A stretch of 64,000 bases of DNA from Rhodothermales bacterium (GTDB taxonomy: Bacteria; Bacteroidota; Rhodothermia; Rhodothermales; JABDKH01), in the NCBI GenBank assembly GCA_028284545.1, contig JANQRN010000087.1, forward strand, positions 6,082-70,081. Reading direction: 5' to 3'. Position numbers and translations under genes: made by a program. Position 1 is the first letter of the stretch, and every line of letters begins with the position of its first letter. A model generated the notes under the pieces. That model saw only the letters and a program-made list of their open reading frames with translations, was not told where the DNA came from and did no database searches. This document shows, one piece after another, positions 38,357 to 47,303 of this stretch.

Positions 38357-39235
38357 CTAGTTGATGGTAACAGTCTTCTGCACTACTGCGCTCTCGTTGC
38401 CATTGCGATCAAACGCCTGCAGCTCAAACACCGCCGGCCCTGCCGGCGAGCCGACTGGTACGTTAAACGCTGCCGTCCATTTGCCGTCGCCGGCCTCGGC
38501 ATCACCCGCCGTGTCGCCGTCGTCGAACATATTGAATGACTCACCACTCGGCGTCTTGATCTGTACGCGCAGCACGTTGACTGCGCCGTCGGGATCGGTG
38601 ACTGTCGCTACGATGAACAACGTGGCCGGCGGCGTCAGCACCTCGGGAAACGCCTCAACGAGCGTGATCTCTGGTGGACTGCCCGGTGCGTTTGTCGCGT
38701 CCAACAGGAGATTGCCCTGAACCTGGTTGCTTAGTTGGCCGGCCGCATCAGCAGCATAGACAACGACGGTGTAGTTGCCCGGCTGTCCCACCGGCAGTCG
38801 AAGTGTCTCTGAGACGGAATAGCGGGATGCCGAAGCCGCACCGAGTGTGCCGACGGCCACGGGCGTGCCTGACCGCAGCGGGGGACGCACGACGAAGTAG
38901 ACCGAATCGAGGTCACCGGCCTCAACCGTGGCCGAAATCTGCAGCGAAACGTCGAACTCACCGTCGACGATGTCGCTCGGGTCGATCTGCGAAATGTCGA
39001 TAACCGTCGGCGAGAACGACAGGTCTGAGATAGCGGGCGGAGTATCGCCGAGGTCGCGAACGCCCGGTACCGCATCGCAGCTCGAAAGCAGGAGACAGGC
39101 CGCGAGTCCTAGAACCGATAGAGTAAACTGCGACCGCAAAACTGGTGGGGTGCGTGTGATGAGTCCGGAAAACGATCCGACCACCAAGCGGTTCCGAGTC
39201 ACTAGACCGTGTACAACGGCCTGATACTGAAGCAT
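38357..39235 (-). CDS. Lipoprotein with two Ig-like beta-sandwich segments, function unknown
   Basis: The lipobox is LGLAACLLLSSC. The start is uncertain. ATG 39235 overlaps the upstream gene. GTG 39202 overlaps the upstream stop by 1 nt. TTG 39139 would give a canonical 21-aa lipoprotein signal. Confidence 0.55.
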   Translation of the reverse strand: MLQYQAVVHGLVTRNRLVVGSFSGLITRTPPVLRSQFTLSVLGLAACLLLSSCDAVPGVRDLGDTPPAISDLSFSPTVIDISQIDPSDIVDGEFDVSLQISATVEAGDLDSVYFVVRPPLRSGTPVAVGTLGAASASRYSVSETLRLPVGQPGNYTVVVYAADAAGQLSNQVQGNLLLDATNAPGSPPEITLVEAFPEVLTPPATLFIVATVTDPDGAVNVLRVQIKTPSGESFNMFDDGDTAGDAEAGDGKWTAAFNVPVGSPAGPAVFELQAFDRNGNESAVVQKTVTIN

Positions 39236-40347
39236 AGCATGAACACCAGAATCGACACGTAGCCCAACAGTCGCCGGTTGGGCGTAAGCGGCTCCCAGTA
39301 CAACACCGGCGGATGGTCCACCTTGATAACGAATACAATCAGCAGACTCCAAACGAGCCAGCCTGAGTAGCCGAACTGCGTTACCGCCGGTCCAATCACG
39401 ATCCCGATGGCTGTTAGCACAACAATGCCGACCAACGCCGGGGCGATCAACGCGTGGTCCCGATCAAACAGGCGCCGCAGATAGAGGTACAGCAGGCCAG
39501 AAAGCGCAATCCAACGCGCCGGTCCGAGTTTCCGCAGCCACGGAGAGATGAGGTCGGGATCAACGGCCATGAGGCCAACCGAGCCGGAAAGCAACAGCAA
39601 GACGACGAATCCGCGTGCAAGGTATCCGTGCCATTCGGGACCAACTAGCGCATAGAGGATGTGACCGCCGTCCAACTGACCAACCGGCAACAGATTGAGG
39701 GCCGTGAAGAACAGGGCGAGCCACGACGCGAACAATAGCGGATAGTGGTACATCTCGTACATCGGCGGGGCATCAGGAAATGCACTGCCGACCAGCCAGT
39801 ACAGAAGTGTTTGACCGACCATGATGGTGGTGCCGGGGGTCATGCCATCCTCGAGGAGAGGAGCGTCGGGAAAACGGTTGTACTCCGCGACGTAGTCTTT
39901 GAGCGCCTCGTGTCCTTCGTAGGTCATGACGTACTCGGGACCGGGCACCGTCGCGAAGGCGATCAAGAGCATGACAAACGCTACCACGAATCCGGCGATC
40001 GGACCCGCTGCGCCGATATCGAAGAGCTTGCGGAGAGTTGGCACTTGCTCCCGTATGCGGATCACGGCGCCGAGGGTGCCAACGCCCAACATCGGTAGCG
40101 GGATGTAATACGGTAGCGAGGTGCGCACGTCATGGAACCGACCGGCGAAGTAGTGTCCGAACTCGTGCACCGTCAAGAAGAAGAGGAGCGCACCAGCAAA
40201 CGAGGCCGCCTCGCCAAAGAACGCGGCGTCAAGATCGGCCAGACTCTCCCCTGCGTGTGCAGACCATACCAGCCAGGTCGCCATGACCGAGGCGAACGTG
40301 AGGAGGAACAGCAGTACGTGCAACCACACGCGATCCTTTTCAGGCAT
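39202..40347 (-). CDS. Site-2 protease family (M50) membrane metalloprotease
   Basis: HEFGHY (HExxH) and NLLPVGQLDGGH motifs with multiple transmembrane helices. The ATG at 40347 overlaps the aminotransferase stop by 8 nt. Confidence 0.8.
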   Translation of the reverse strand: MPEKDRVWLHVLLFLLTFASVMATWLVWSAHAGESLADLDAAFFGEAASFAGALLFFLTVHEFGHYFAGRFHDVRTSLPYYIPLPMLGVGTLGAVIRIREQVPTLRKLFDIGAAGPIAGFVVAFVMLLIAFATVPGPEYVMTYEGHEALKDYVAEYNRFPDAPLLEDGMTPGTTIMVGQTLLYWLVGSAFPDAPPMYEMYHYPLLFASWLALFFTALNLLPVGQLDGGHILYALVGPEWHGYLARGFVVLLLLSGSVGLMAVDPDLISPWLRKLGPARWIALSGLLYLYLRRLFDRDHALIAPALVGIVVLTAIGIVIGPAVTQFGYSGWLVWSLLIVFVIKVDHPPVLYWEPLTPNRRLLGYVSILVFMLCFSIRPLYTV

Positions 40348-41551
40348 CAGCGATAGCCGCGAGGCCGTTTGCAATTCGGTCGGCAGCGACCCTGAGGTCG
40401 TCAGTCGAGGCGGCATAGGAGATCCGCATCCCGTTGGGTGCCCCAAACGCGTCACCAGGCACCAGTGCGACGTGGTGCTCCTCCATCAGGTACAGGCATA
40501 GATCACTGGAGGTCTCGATGGAACGGTCGCCGATCCTGGTTCCCAGGAAGCGCGACACGTCAGGAAAGAGATAGAACGCGCCTTCCGGAAGCGGGCATGT
40601 CAATCCGGCAACGGTGCTCAACTTCGCGTGCAGGAAATCCCTCCGTTCACGAAACGCGTCAACCATCTCCTGGACGATACTTCTGTCCATGGCGAGCGCG
40701 GCGACACCGGCTCTCTGGGTGATGCTACACGGAGCTGACGTGGTTTGGCCCTGTATCTTGGCGGCCGCCTTCGTGATCGGCAGCTCGGCAGCCATGAAAC
40801 CGAGGCGCCAGCCGGTCATTGCGTACCCCTTCGAGAACCCGTTGACGAGGATGGTCCGCTCCTTTAGTCCGGGCAATGATGCAAATGACGTGAACGGCGT
40901 GTCATACACAATGTGCTGGTAGATCTCGTCGGAAAGCACAAAGACGTGGTCGTGTTTTCGCAAGACGGCCGCAATCTCATCGAGCTCCTGCGGTTCGTAG
41001 ACGGCTCCGGTTGGATTCGAAGGAGAGCAAAGCACGAGAAGACGCGTCTTCGGCGTGATCGCCGCGTCCAGCGCCTCAGCCGTGAAACGGTAGTTTGCCT
41101 CGACCGTCGTCGGCAAGACCCTCGTCGTTCCACCGGCGAGCGTGACCATCTCGGGATAGCTCACCCAGTATGGTGCGGGGACTATGACCTCGTCTCCCGG
41201 CCTGCAGAGTGCCATCACGGCCAGCGCAACCGATTGCTTGGCGCCGCTCGAGCAGAGTATCTGATCGGGTGTATACGAGACGCCGTGGTCAGCCTCGAGG
41301 GCGCGGCAAATGCCTTCACGAAGCTCAAGGATGCCAGCGTTGGCTGTGTAGTGCGTAAAGCCCTCTTTGATCGCCGCGATGGCTGCGTTACAGATCGGCT
41401 CGGGCGTGTCAAAATCCGGCTCTCCTGCTGAGAGACCGATAACCGGTATTCCCTTTCGTCTGAGCTCAGCGGCGCGTGCCGTGATGGCCAACGTCGCAGA
41501 CGGTCGCATTCGGGCTACGTTCGGATTCAGCGATAAATGTGCTGTCATCAT
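40340..41551 (-). CDS. Class I pyridoxal-phosphate aminotransferase (aspartate aminotransferase-like)
   Basis: IGLSAGEPDFDTP, SPSNPTG, and SKGYAMTGWRLG with the PLP lysine. Confidence 0.9.
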   Translation of the reverse strand: MMTAHLSLNPNVARMRPSATLAITARAAELRRKGIPVIGLSAGEPDFDTPEPICNAAIAAIKEGFTHYTANAGILELREGICRALEADHGVSYTPDQILCSSGAKQSVALAVMALCRPGDEVIVPAPYWVSYPEMVTLAGGTTRVLPTTVEANYRFTAEALDAAITPKTRLLVLCSPSNPTGAVYEPQELDEIAAVLRKHDHVFVLSDEIYQHIVYDTPFTSFASLPGLKERTILVNGFSKGYAMTGWRLGFMAAELPITKAAAKIQGQTTSAPCSITQRAGVAALAMDRSIVQEMVDAFRERRDFLHAKLSTVAGLTCPLPEGAFYLFPDVSRFLGTRIGDRSIETSSDLCLYLMEEHHVALVPGDAFGAPNGMRISYAASTDDLRVAADRIANGLAAIADA

Positions 41552-42045
41552 TTCTGATTTTCCCGGCGCTTTTTGTCTAGAGCAGAGACTACCGTAGGGG
41601 GCACGAAGTGCGATACGTCACCTCCCCACCGGAACACGTCGCGTACGATCGACGCACTCGTGAAGGCGTGCGCCTCCGAGGTAACCAGAAGTACCGTCTC
41701 GATCTCAGGGGCAAGTTTCCGATTGGCGAACGCCATGCGAAACTCATAATCGAAATCGCCGACCTGCCGCAATCCGCGAATCAGCGCGCAGGCTCCGCGC
41801 AACCGAGCGTGGTCCACCAGCAATCCCTCGAACGGCTCAACCGACACGTTTGTAAAACCCACAACGGCTTCTTCCACCATAGCACACCGCTCTTCGATCG
41901 TGAACAGCGGCGATTTCTCCCGGTTGACGGCGACAGTAATCTGAACGGCGTCGAACAGGCGAGAAGCCCTACTGACGACGTCGAGATGACCAAACGTAAA
42001 CGGGTCAAACGATCCCGGATACAGTGCGAGTTTGTGCTTGTTCAC
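41548..42045 (-). CDS. coaD: Phosphopantetheine adenylyltransferase
   Basis: A GTG at 42045 is preceded by GGGAG. LALYPGSFDPFTFGHLDV is present, and the protein is 165 aa. The stop overlaps the aminotransferase start as ATGA. Confidence 0.9.
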   Translation of the reverse strand: MNKHKLALYPGSFDPFTFGHLDVVSRASRLFDAVQITVAVNREKSPLFTIEERCAMVEEAVVGFTNVSVEPFEGLLVDHARLRGACALIRGLRQVGDFDYEFRMAFANRKLAPEIETVLLVTSEAHAFTSASIVRDVFRWGGDVSHFVPPTVVSALDKKRRENQK

Positions 42046-42108
42046 TTTCTCCCGGTTTACCTGGCACAAACATACCACTCTTCGACTTACAGCGCTATGC
42101 GCGAGACG

Positions 42109-42648
42109 TTAGAGATACTCGAAGAATGACACTCTCGTACTGCCGAAGTCGCGAGTCATGACGTGTTCCGGGTGGGCGTCAAACGCTCGTCGTTTATCAT
42201 GCTCCAGCACCAGGACGGCTCCCGGGGACATAACGTCCGAAACGTCATCAAGCAGGAACGACGGATCCAGGGCGTAGGGCGGATCAGCAAACACAAAGTT
42301 GAACCGCTGCGAGTCACCTGTAATCTGCGAAAGACCCGCACGCACTCCCCGGCACACCACACTGGAGAACTCGACGGCATCAAGCGTCGCGATGTTCCTC
42401 CGGATGCAGTCACACGCCGTCCGGTTCTTTTCGACGAAGACGGCAGACCGGGCGCCTCGACTCAGTGCTTCCAGTCCGAGTGCGCCAGAGCCCGCGAACA
42501 GGTCGAGCACGTCAGCATCGCCGAGTTCGTACCTGGACGCCAGAATAGAGAAAAGACTCTCACGTACACGGTCTGACGTAGGGCGCGTAGCAGAACCGCG
42601 CGGTCCGACAATCCGGCGTCCGCGGTACCTGCCGGATATGATTCTCAT
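42109..42648 (-). CDS. rsmD: 16S rRNA (guanine966-N2)-methyltransferase
   Basis: The ATG at 42648 starts MRIISGRYRGRRI...RPTSDRVRESLF...DLFAGSGALGLEALSRGA...DPPY. Confidence 0.85.
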   Translation of the reverse strand: MRIISGRYRGRRIVGPRGSATRPTSDRVRESLFSILASRYELGDADVLDLFAGSGALGLEALSRGARSAVFVEKNRTACDCIRRNIATLDAVEFSSVVCRGVRAGLSQITGDSQRFNFVFADPPYALDPSFLLDDVSDVMSPGAVLVLEHDKRRAFDAHPEHVMTRDFGSTRVSFFEYL

Positions 42649-43559
42649 TAGACCGAGGTCTCGATCGCGGCGCCGACACACGGCACGTATGGAGACAATT
42701 CGCGTTCGCCCCCGCTGCCAGCTTGCAGACGCACAACATCGAGCGGACTCAGCTGTCGCAGCGTCGCGCCACACTGGCGCGGCACGGCATGAAACGCTGA
42801 GTCTCGTTCATTCTCACCGTAGATATATATAGTGTCCATGTCTGCCGGCGACAGGCCCTCGCGGCGAAGGAAAGCCCATAAAGCATATATCGCATCCTCA
42901 GATGATTCTGGAATCACGAGGGCGGATGACAACCGACGGCCTCGAACACACACAGCCATCTCGGCGTGCGTTCCCTGGTCGCCAACAAGGACGCTGAACG
43001 AGGTGGCCGCGCTCCGCAAAGCGTCTTCCAGGAAGCCGATCATCGCCGAAGACGCGTTGACCGACGATGTCACGACCAGACCCACCCCCAGTCTGTCCGC
43101 AAAACCCTTCAGGCGATCCCGAATCGACTCGGGCAACGCGAGGACGCTGATGTGCGAGAGCGTCCTACCGTCCTTGAGCGTCCGCATCCCGGCTGTCTCG
43201 GTGCGGACAAACAGCGGCGTCTCGTTGTCAGCGACCAGCGCAAGCTCCTTCAAGACCTGCGACGTCATCGTCGACTCGTTTGCGTCACCAGCGACGCTCG
43301 TTTTGAACGAGTAGCACAGACGCGGATCCAGCGCAACAGAGAGCAGGTGTGCTGGCGTTCCCGAGAAGATCTCAGCGACCGCGTCGCCGAGTGTCGAGAC
43401 ATCGTCCAGATTACCAGACGCAAGACAGTCGACAATATCGAAGTCGAAACGACAACTACCGAGTCGACGGAGCATACTGCCGTGCTCTTCGTGTTCGACC
43501 TCCGCGTACCGCATGGTATCGCTGGCGAAAGAAATCCCGGCAATAACTCCTGGATTCAT
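42648..43559 (-). CDS. Hypothetical protein, PilM-like actin-fold suspected
   Basis: GISFASDTMRYAEVE near the N-terminus and LVGDQGTHAEMAV mid-protein resemble degenerate phosphate-1 and phosphate-2 loops of PilM/FtsA-type proteins. This is a by-eye comparison only. Confidence 0.4.
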   Translation of the reverse strand: MNPGVIAGISFASDTMRYAEVEHEEHGSMLRRLGSCRFDFDIVDCLASGNLDDVSTLGDAVAEIFSGTPAHLLSVALDPRLCYSFKTSVAGDANESTMTSQVLKELALVADNETPLFVRTETAGMRTLKDGRTLSHISVLALPESIRDRLKGFADRLGVGLVVTSSVNASSAMIGFLEDALRSAATSFSVLVGDQGTHAEMAVCVRGRRLSSALVIPESSEDAIYALWAFLRREGLSPADMDTIYIYGENERDSAFHAVPRQCGATLRQLSPLDVVRLQAGSGGERELSPYVPCVGAAIETSV

Positions 43560-43597
43560 CCTTCTTCAGGTCTGGCGCAGACGTGCGCGAACACGGA

Positions 43598-44059
43598 TTA
43601 CTCCCAGCTTGAGGCGTTGAGCAGCGTCACGTCGGGAAGTTCAGTTCCAATTCGGTCCTCGGTGTCGGGATCACGTAGCAGGTACGTCTGCACCCGCGAC
43701 GTGTCGTTGACCGAGAGCAGGAATCGACTGCCAGAGCGCGGTGAGAACGGCAACTGAGACATATCGAAGCCCATACCGAGAAGACTGTCGGCGGCGACCT
43801 GGTATAGGGAGTCGGTTTGCAAGAACATCACGAGCGAATCCAGATCCGCCGTGTACCTGTCATTCACCGCTTCGTACCGGATAAGCGCCGTCCGGATCTT
43901 CTGCATGTGGGCCCGCGTCGTTTCGGTGATCGCATTCTGCTGACGGATCTCCTCGTAGGGCGCGGTCAGCGAATGGTACAGCCAGTAGGCGAGGCCGACG
44001 ATCACAATCATCAACACAACCTGAATCGCTGACTGCATGCCTCGGCTGTTACTGGCCAT
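43598..44059 (-). CDS. Hypothetical membrane-anchored protein, pilin/pseudopilin-like suspected
   Basis: A short basic leader ends in G, followed by the hydrophobic helix MQSAIQVVLMIVIVGLAYWLY. Then AHMQKIRTALIRYEAVNDRYTADLDSL recalls the GspG/PilE helix pattern. There is no Glu at +5. Confidence 0.4.
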   Translation of the reverse strand: MASNSRGMQSAIQVVLMIVIVGLAYWLYHSLTAPYEEIRQQNAITETTRAHMQKIRTALIRYEAVNDRYTADLDSLVMFLQTDSLYQVAADSLLGMGFDMSQLPFSPRSGSRFLLSVNDTSRVQTYLLRDPDTEDRIGTELPDVTLLNASSWE

Positions 44060-44239
44060 CGCTTTTCGCTACTTGTTGTAGGGGATGTAAGACGTTAATG
44101 CGGGTTCCGTACAGGATTAAGCGGGGATCGATGGGTTATCTTACCTGCCGCCCATGGATGCGAGCGGCGCGCCCCGTCCGAAATCGTCCGCCGAAAATAC
44201 AAGGGTACCCCTCTAAAAGCAACCAGACAGGCACCAGGC

Positions 44240-44974
44240 TTGACCCGCCTCCTCGTTAACATCGATCACGTCGCAACCCTCCGAAATGCGCGGAGAGAGA
44301 CGTTTCCGGATCCCGCCGAGGCGGCCGTGCTGTGTGAAAACGCCGGTGCGTCAGGCATCGTTTTTCACCTCCGTCAAGACCGTAGACACATCAACGACGC
44401 CGACGTTGCCGCCCTGGCCGGTGCCATCAAGGGCAAAATCGATTTCGAGCTCTCCCTGGCGCCGGAAATCGTTGACATTTGCTGCGAGACGCGCCCACAA
44501 CTCGCCACGATCGTACCCGAGCGGCGGGACGAGATAACTACCGAAGGCGGCATGGACGTCACCGCCAATCGCGACAGGCTGGACGAAACTATCCCGAAAC
44601 TCTACGAGGCAGGTGTCGAAGAAGTGGCGCTATTTGTTGATCCTGTTCCCGAGTTCATCCGTGGAGCAGCTGAGGCCGGTGCCAACTGCATTGAGCTGCA
44701 TACCGGCAAGTACGCAAACGCAGAGTCTGATGACGAGCGCGCCGGCATCCTCGTCGCAATGGCAGAAGCGGCGGAGCTTGCGAACTCTCTTGGCCTGAGC
44801 GTGCATGCGGGCCATGGCCTCGACCTGTCGAACTACCCGGCATTCGGGCGCAGCGTCCCTTACCTCGCAGAGGTTTCCATCGGATTCGCCATAATCGCAC
44901 GTGCGCTCGCGACGGGCCTCCCCGCTGCCGTTGCCGAAATGGTAGAAACCATCAACCGCCATCCATTTGACTGA
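44240..44974 (+). CDS. pdxJ: Pyridoxine 5'-phosphate synthase
   Basis: LLVNIDHVATLRNAR, HLRQDRRHI, IELHTG and HAGHGL. The start codon is TTG. Confidence 0.9.
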   Translation: MTRLLVNIDHVATLRNARRETFPDPAEAAVLCENAGASGIVFHLRQDRRHINDADVAALAGAIKGKIDFELSLAPEIVDICCETRPQLATIVPERRDEITTEGGMDVTANRDRLDETIPKLYEAGVEEVALFVDPVPEFIRGAAEAGANCIELHTGKYANAESDDERAGILVAMAEAAELANSLGLSVHAGHGLDLSNYPAFGRSVPYLAEVSIGFAIIARALATGLPAAVAEMVETINRHPFD

Positions 44975-45857
44975 CTCGAGTTTTCGGTCGGGCTACGTCG
45001 CGATCGTCGGCAGACCCAACGTCGGCAAGAGCACGCTGATGAACTGCATCATTGGCCAGAAGCTCTCTATCGTTACCCGCAAGCCGCAAACCACGCGACA
45101 TCGGGTTGTCGGGGTTTTGACCGAGCCAGACTACCAGGTCATCTTCCTGGATACGCCCGGGATTATCGACCCCCGATACGGACTGCACCGATCCATGATG
45201 AAAGCCGTCAGCGCCGCGACCGCTGAAGCCGACCTGGTCCTCTTCGTCATCGCGGCAACTGACTCGGCCCCGGATTTGCAGAGCCTCAAGCGCGTCTCCA
45301 ACGACGTTCCCGCCCTGCTCGTGGTGACGAAGTCTGATCTGACAACACCGTTGTCGGCGCTGCCCCTGGTGGAGCAGTACCTGGAGATCCGGCCGTTCGA
45401 AGCCGTCGTTCCCGTGTCAGGCAAGACCGGTTTTCAGGTCGACCGTCTACTCACCGAAATCGAGAAGCGACTCCCTGCCGGCCCACGGTACTATCCCGAC
45501 GATATGGTCAGCGAGCACCCTGAGCGGTTCTTCGTGACCGAGATCGTGAGAGAGAAGATCCTGGAACTGTATTCACAGGAGATCCCGTATGCCGTTCAGG
45601 TAAACGTAGCTGAATATCAGGCGGGCTCCGCGAACAAGAAGACGCGCATCCTGCTCGATATTGTCGTAGAGCGCGAAAGCCAGAAGGCAGTCATCATCGG
45701 TAAGGGTGGAGCCGCACTCAAGAAGGTTGGAATCCGTGCACGCAAAGACATCGAGGCCTTCCTGGGCGAGGACGTCTATCTGCAGCTGTTTGTAAAGGTG
45801 CGCAGCGGCTGGCGCAACACCGACAACATGCTGCGGGACTATGGATACGACACCTGA
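44967..45857 (+). CDS. era: GTPase Era
   Basis: GYVAIVGRPNVGKSTLMN, DTPG, TKSD and a C-terminal KH domain (VIIGKGGAALKKVG). The TTG start overlaps pdxJ by 8 nt. Confidence 0.9.
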   Translation: MTDSSFRSGYVAIVGRPNVGKSTLMNCIIGQKLSIVTRKPQTTRHRVVGVLTEPDYQVIFLDTPGIIDPRYGLHRSMMKAVSAATAEADLVLFVIAATDSAPDLQSLKRVSNDVPALLVVTKSDLTTPLSALPLVEQYLEIRPFEAVVPVSGKTGFQVDRLLTEIEKRLPAGPRYYPDDMVSEHPERFFVTEIVREKILELYSQEIPYAVQVNVAEYQAGSANKKTRILLDIVVERESQKAVIIGKGGAALKKVGIRARKDIEAFLGEDVYLQLFVKVRSGWRNTDNMLRDYGYDT

Positions 45858-45870
45858 TCGGTTCTGACGC

Positions 45871-47052
45871 TTACGGCCGTGCACCAAAAGCGCGTGCCAC
45901 CTTCGAGGCAAATACCGACGAGATTGCCGCAGGCAATGTCACTTCGAACGACGCAAGTTCGCGTCGCCTTGGGTAGTGCTTTCTTTGTGCCGTGAAGCCA
46001 CGTCCACGCTCGCCTTCGGCTAGCAGCGACAACTCCCCGAATCGCTCGTAGTCGGTACGAAAGTCGTACACGTGTCGCACCAGTGACAGGAGTCTCGATT
46101 GCTCTGCCTCCCCGGCCTCCACGAACAGCTGTTCAACGCGATCGTCGCTGATCAGCTCGCGCGAAAGGACCTCAAGGGCAGGGCGCGGCGCCTCAAGGTC
46201 GCGGGCAAGCGCGTCGGCGACCATGACCGCGCCCCGCACCTTGCCGTCCCAGGCGTATCCGGCAATGTGCGGTGTACCGAACGTGACTGCCCTGACGAGG
46301 TCGGCATCTGGTAGGGGCTCCTGCTCCCAAACGTCCAGCACAACGCGCCGACGGCCACCGCTTCGGACGTCGTGCAGCAGAGCATCGCCACAAACGACCT
46401 CTCCGCGCGCGGTGTTGATCAGCCAGGCGGTTGGTTTCATCGCGCGTAACTCGTCGTGAGCAATCAGCTTTGCCGTTGGATGACGACGGCCCACGACTAG
46501 CGGGACATGCAGCGAGACCACATCCGCCCGCGACAACAGCGAATTCAGGTCAACAAACGGGGCGCCTCCCTGGCCCGTTTCGGGTAGAGACGGCTCCGCC
46601 TCAACCCTGGGCGGATCATTCAGGACAACCTCCATTCCCAGTGCGGCAGCGCGCCTGAGTACGCGTGAACCGATGGCACCCACGCCGACGAGTCCCAGCA
46701 CGCGCCCCTCTAGGCTTACCGACTCGCGGTCCGCAAGCTCCAGAAGGGCCGCCACGACGTAGTCAGCTACCGAGTCGGCGTTGGACGCGGGCGCGTGCGC
46801 AAACGTGATACCGCGGGACTGGAGATATTCAATGTCGACATGGTTTGTACCGGCGGTCGCGGTCCCCACAAACTGAACACCTGACTCCCCGAGGAGCGAC
46901 TCGTCGACGCTGGTGACTGAGCGCACAATGAGCGCATCTGCGTCCGTGAGCATTCCGGGTCCGATTTCGGATCCCGAGGCGGTGTGGACGTCTCCAAACG
47001 AACCGAACAGCTCTCTCAGAAGCGGGATGTTCTCGTCAGCGACGATTTTCAT
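45871..47052 (-). CDS. pdxB: 4-phosphoerythronate dehydrogenase
   Basis: The ATG at 47052 gives MKIVADENIPLLRELFGSFGDV...DADALIVRSVTSVDESLL...FVGTATAGTNHVD. This is nearly colinear with E. coli PdxB as I recall it. Confidence 0.85.
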   Translation of the reverse strand: MKIVADENIPLLRELFGSFGDVHTASGSEIGPGMLTDADALIVRSVTSVDESLLGESGVQFVGTATAGTNHVDIEYLQSRGITFAHAPASNADSVADYVVAALLELADRESVSLEGRVLGLVGVGAIGSRVLRRAAALGMEVVLNDPPRVEAEPSLPETGQGGAPFVDLNSLLSRADVVSLHVPLVVGRRHPTAKLIAHDELRAMKPTAWLINTARGEVVCGDALLHDVRSGGRRRVVLDVWEQEPLPDADLVRAVTFGTPHIAGYAWDGKVRGAVMVADALARDLEAPRPALEVLSRELISDDRVEQLFVEAGEAEQSRLLSLVRHVYDFRTDYERFGELSLLAEGERGRGFTAQRKHYPRRRELASFEVTLPAAISSVFASKVARAFGARP

Positions 47053-47303
47053 GAAGTCACGGCGAATTAGCGCAGAATCTGTGGAGCATTGTTGCCTGGC
47101 GCGCGCCAAAATTACGCTTGAACGATTGTAGGACTGAAGTTTTGGCGGGGTTATTGGAACGCCAACGCAAACTACACGGCATCTTAGCCGGAGATTCGAA
47201 CTGAGAGAGTAATTTGCGTCCGTCCTGAAAATGCGGAGCAAGACCCTCATTTGATCCAAAACAGGCGAAACAGCTACAACAAGGGTGCGTACGAGCCCCT
47301 ATT

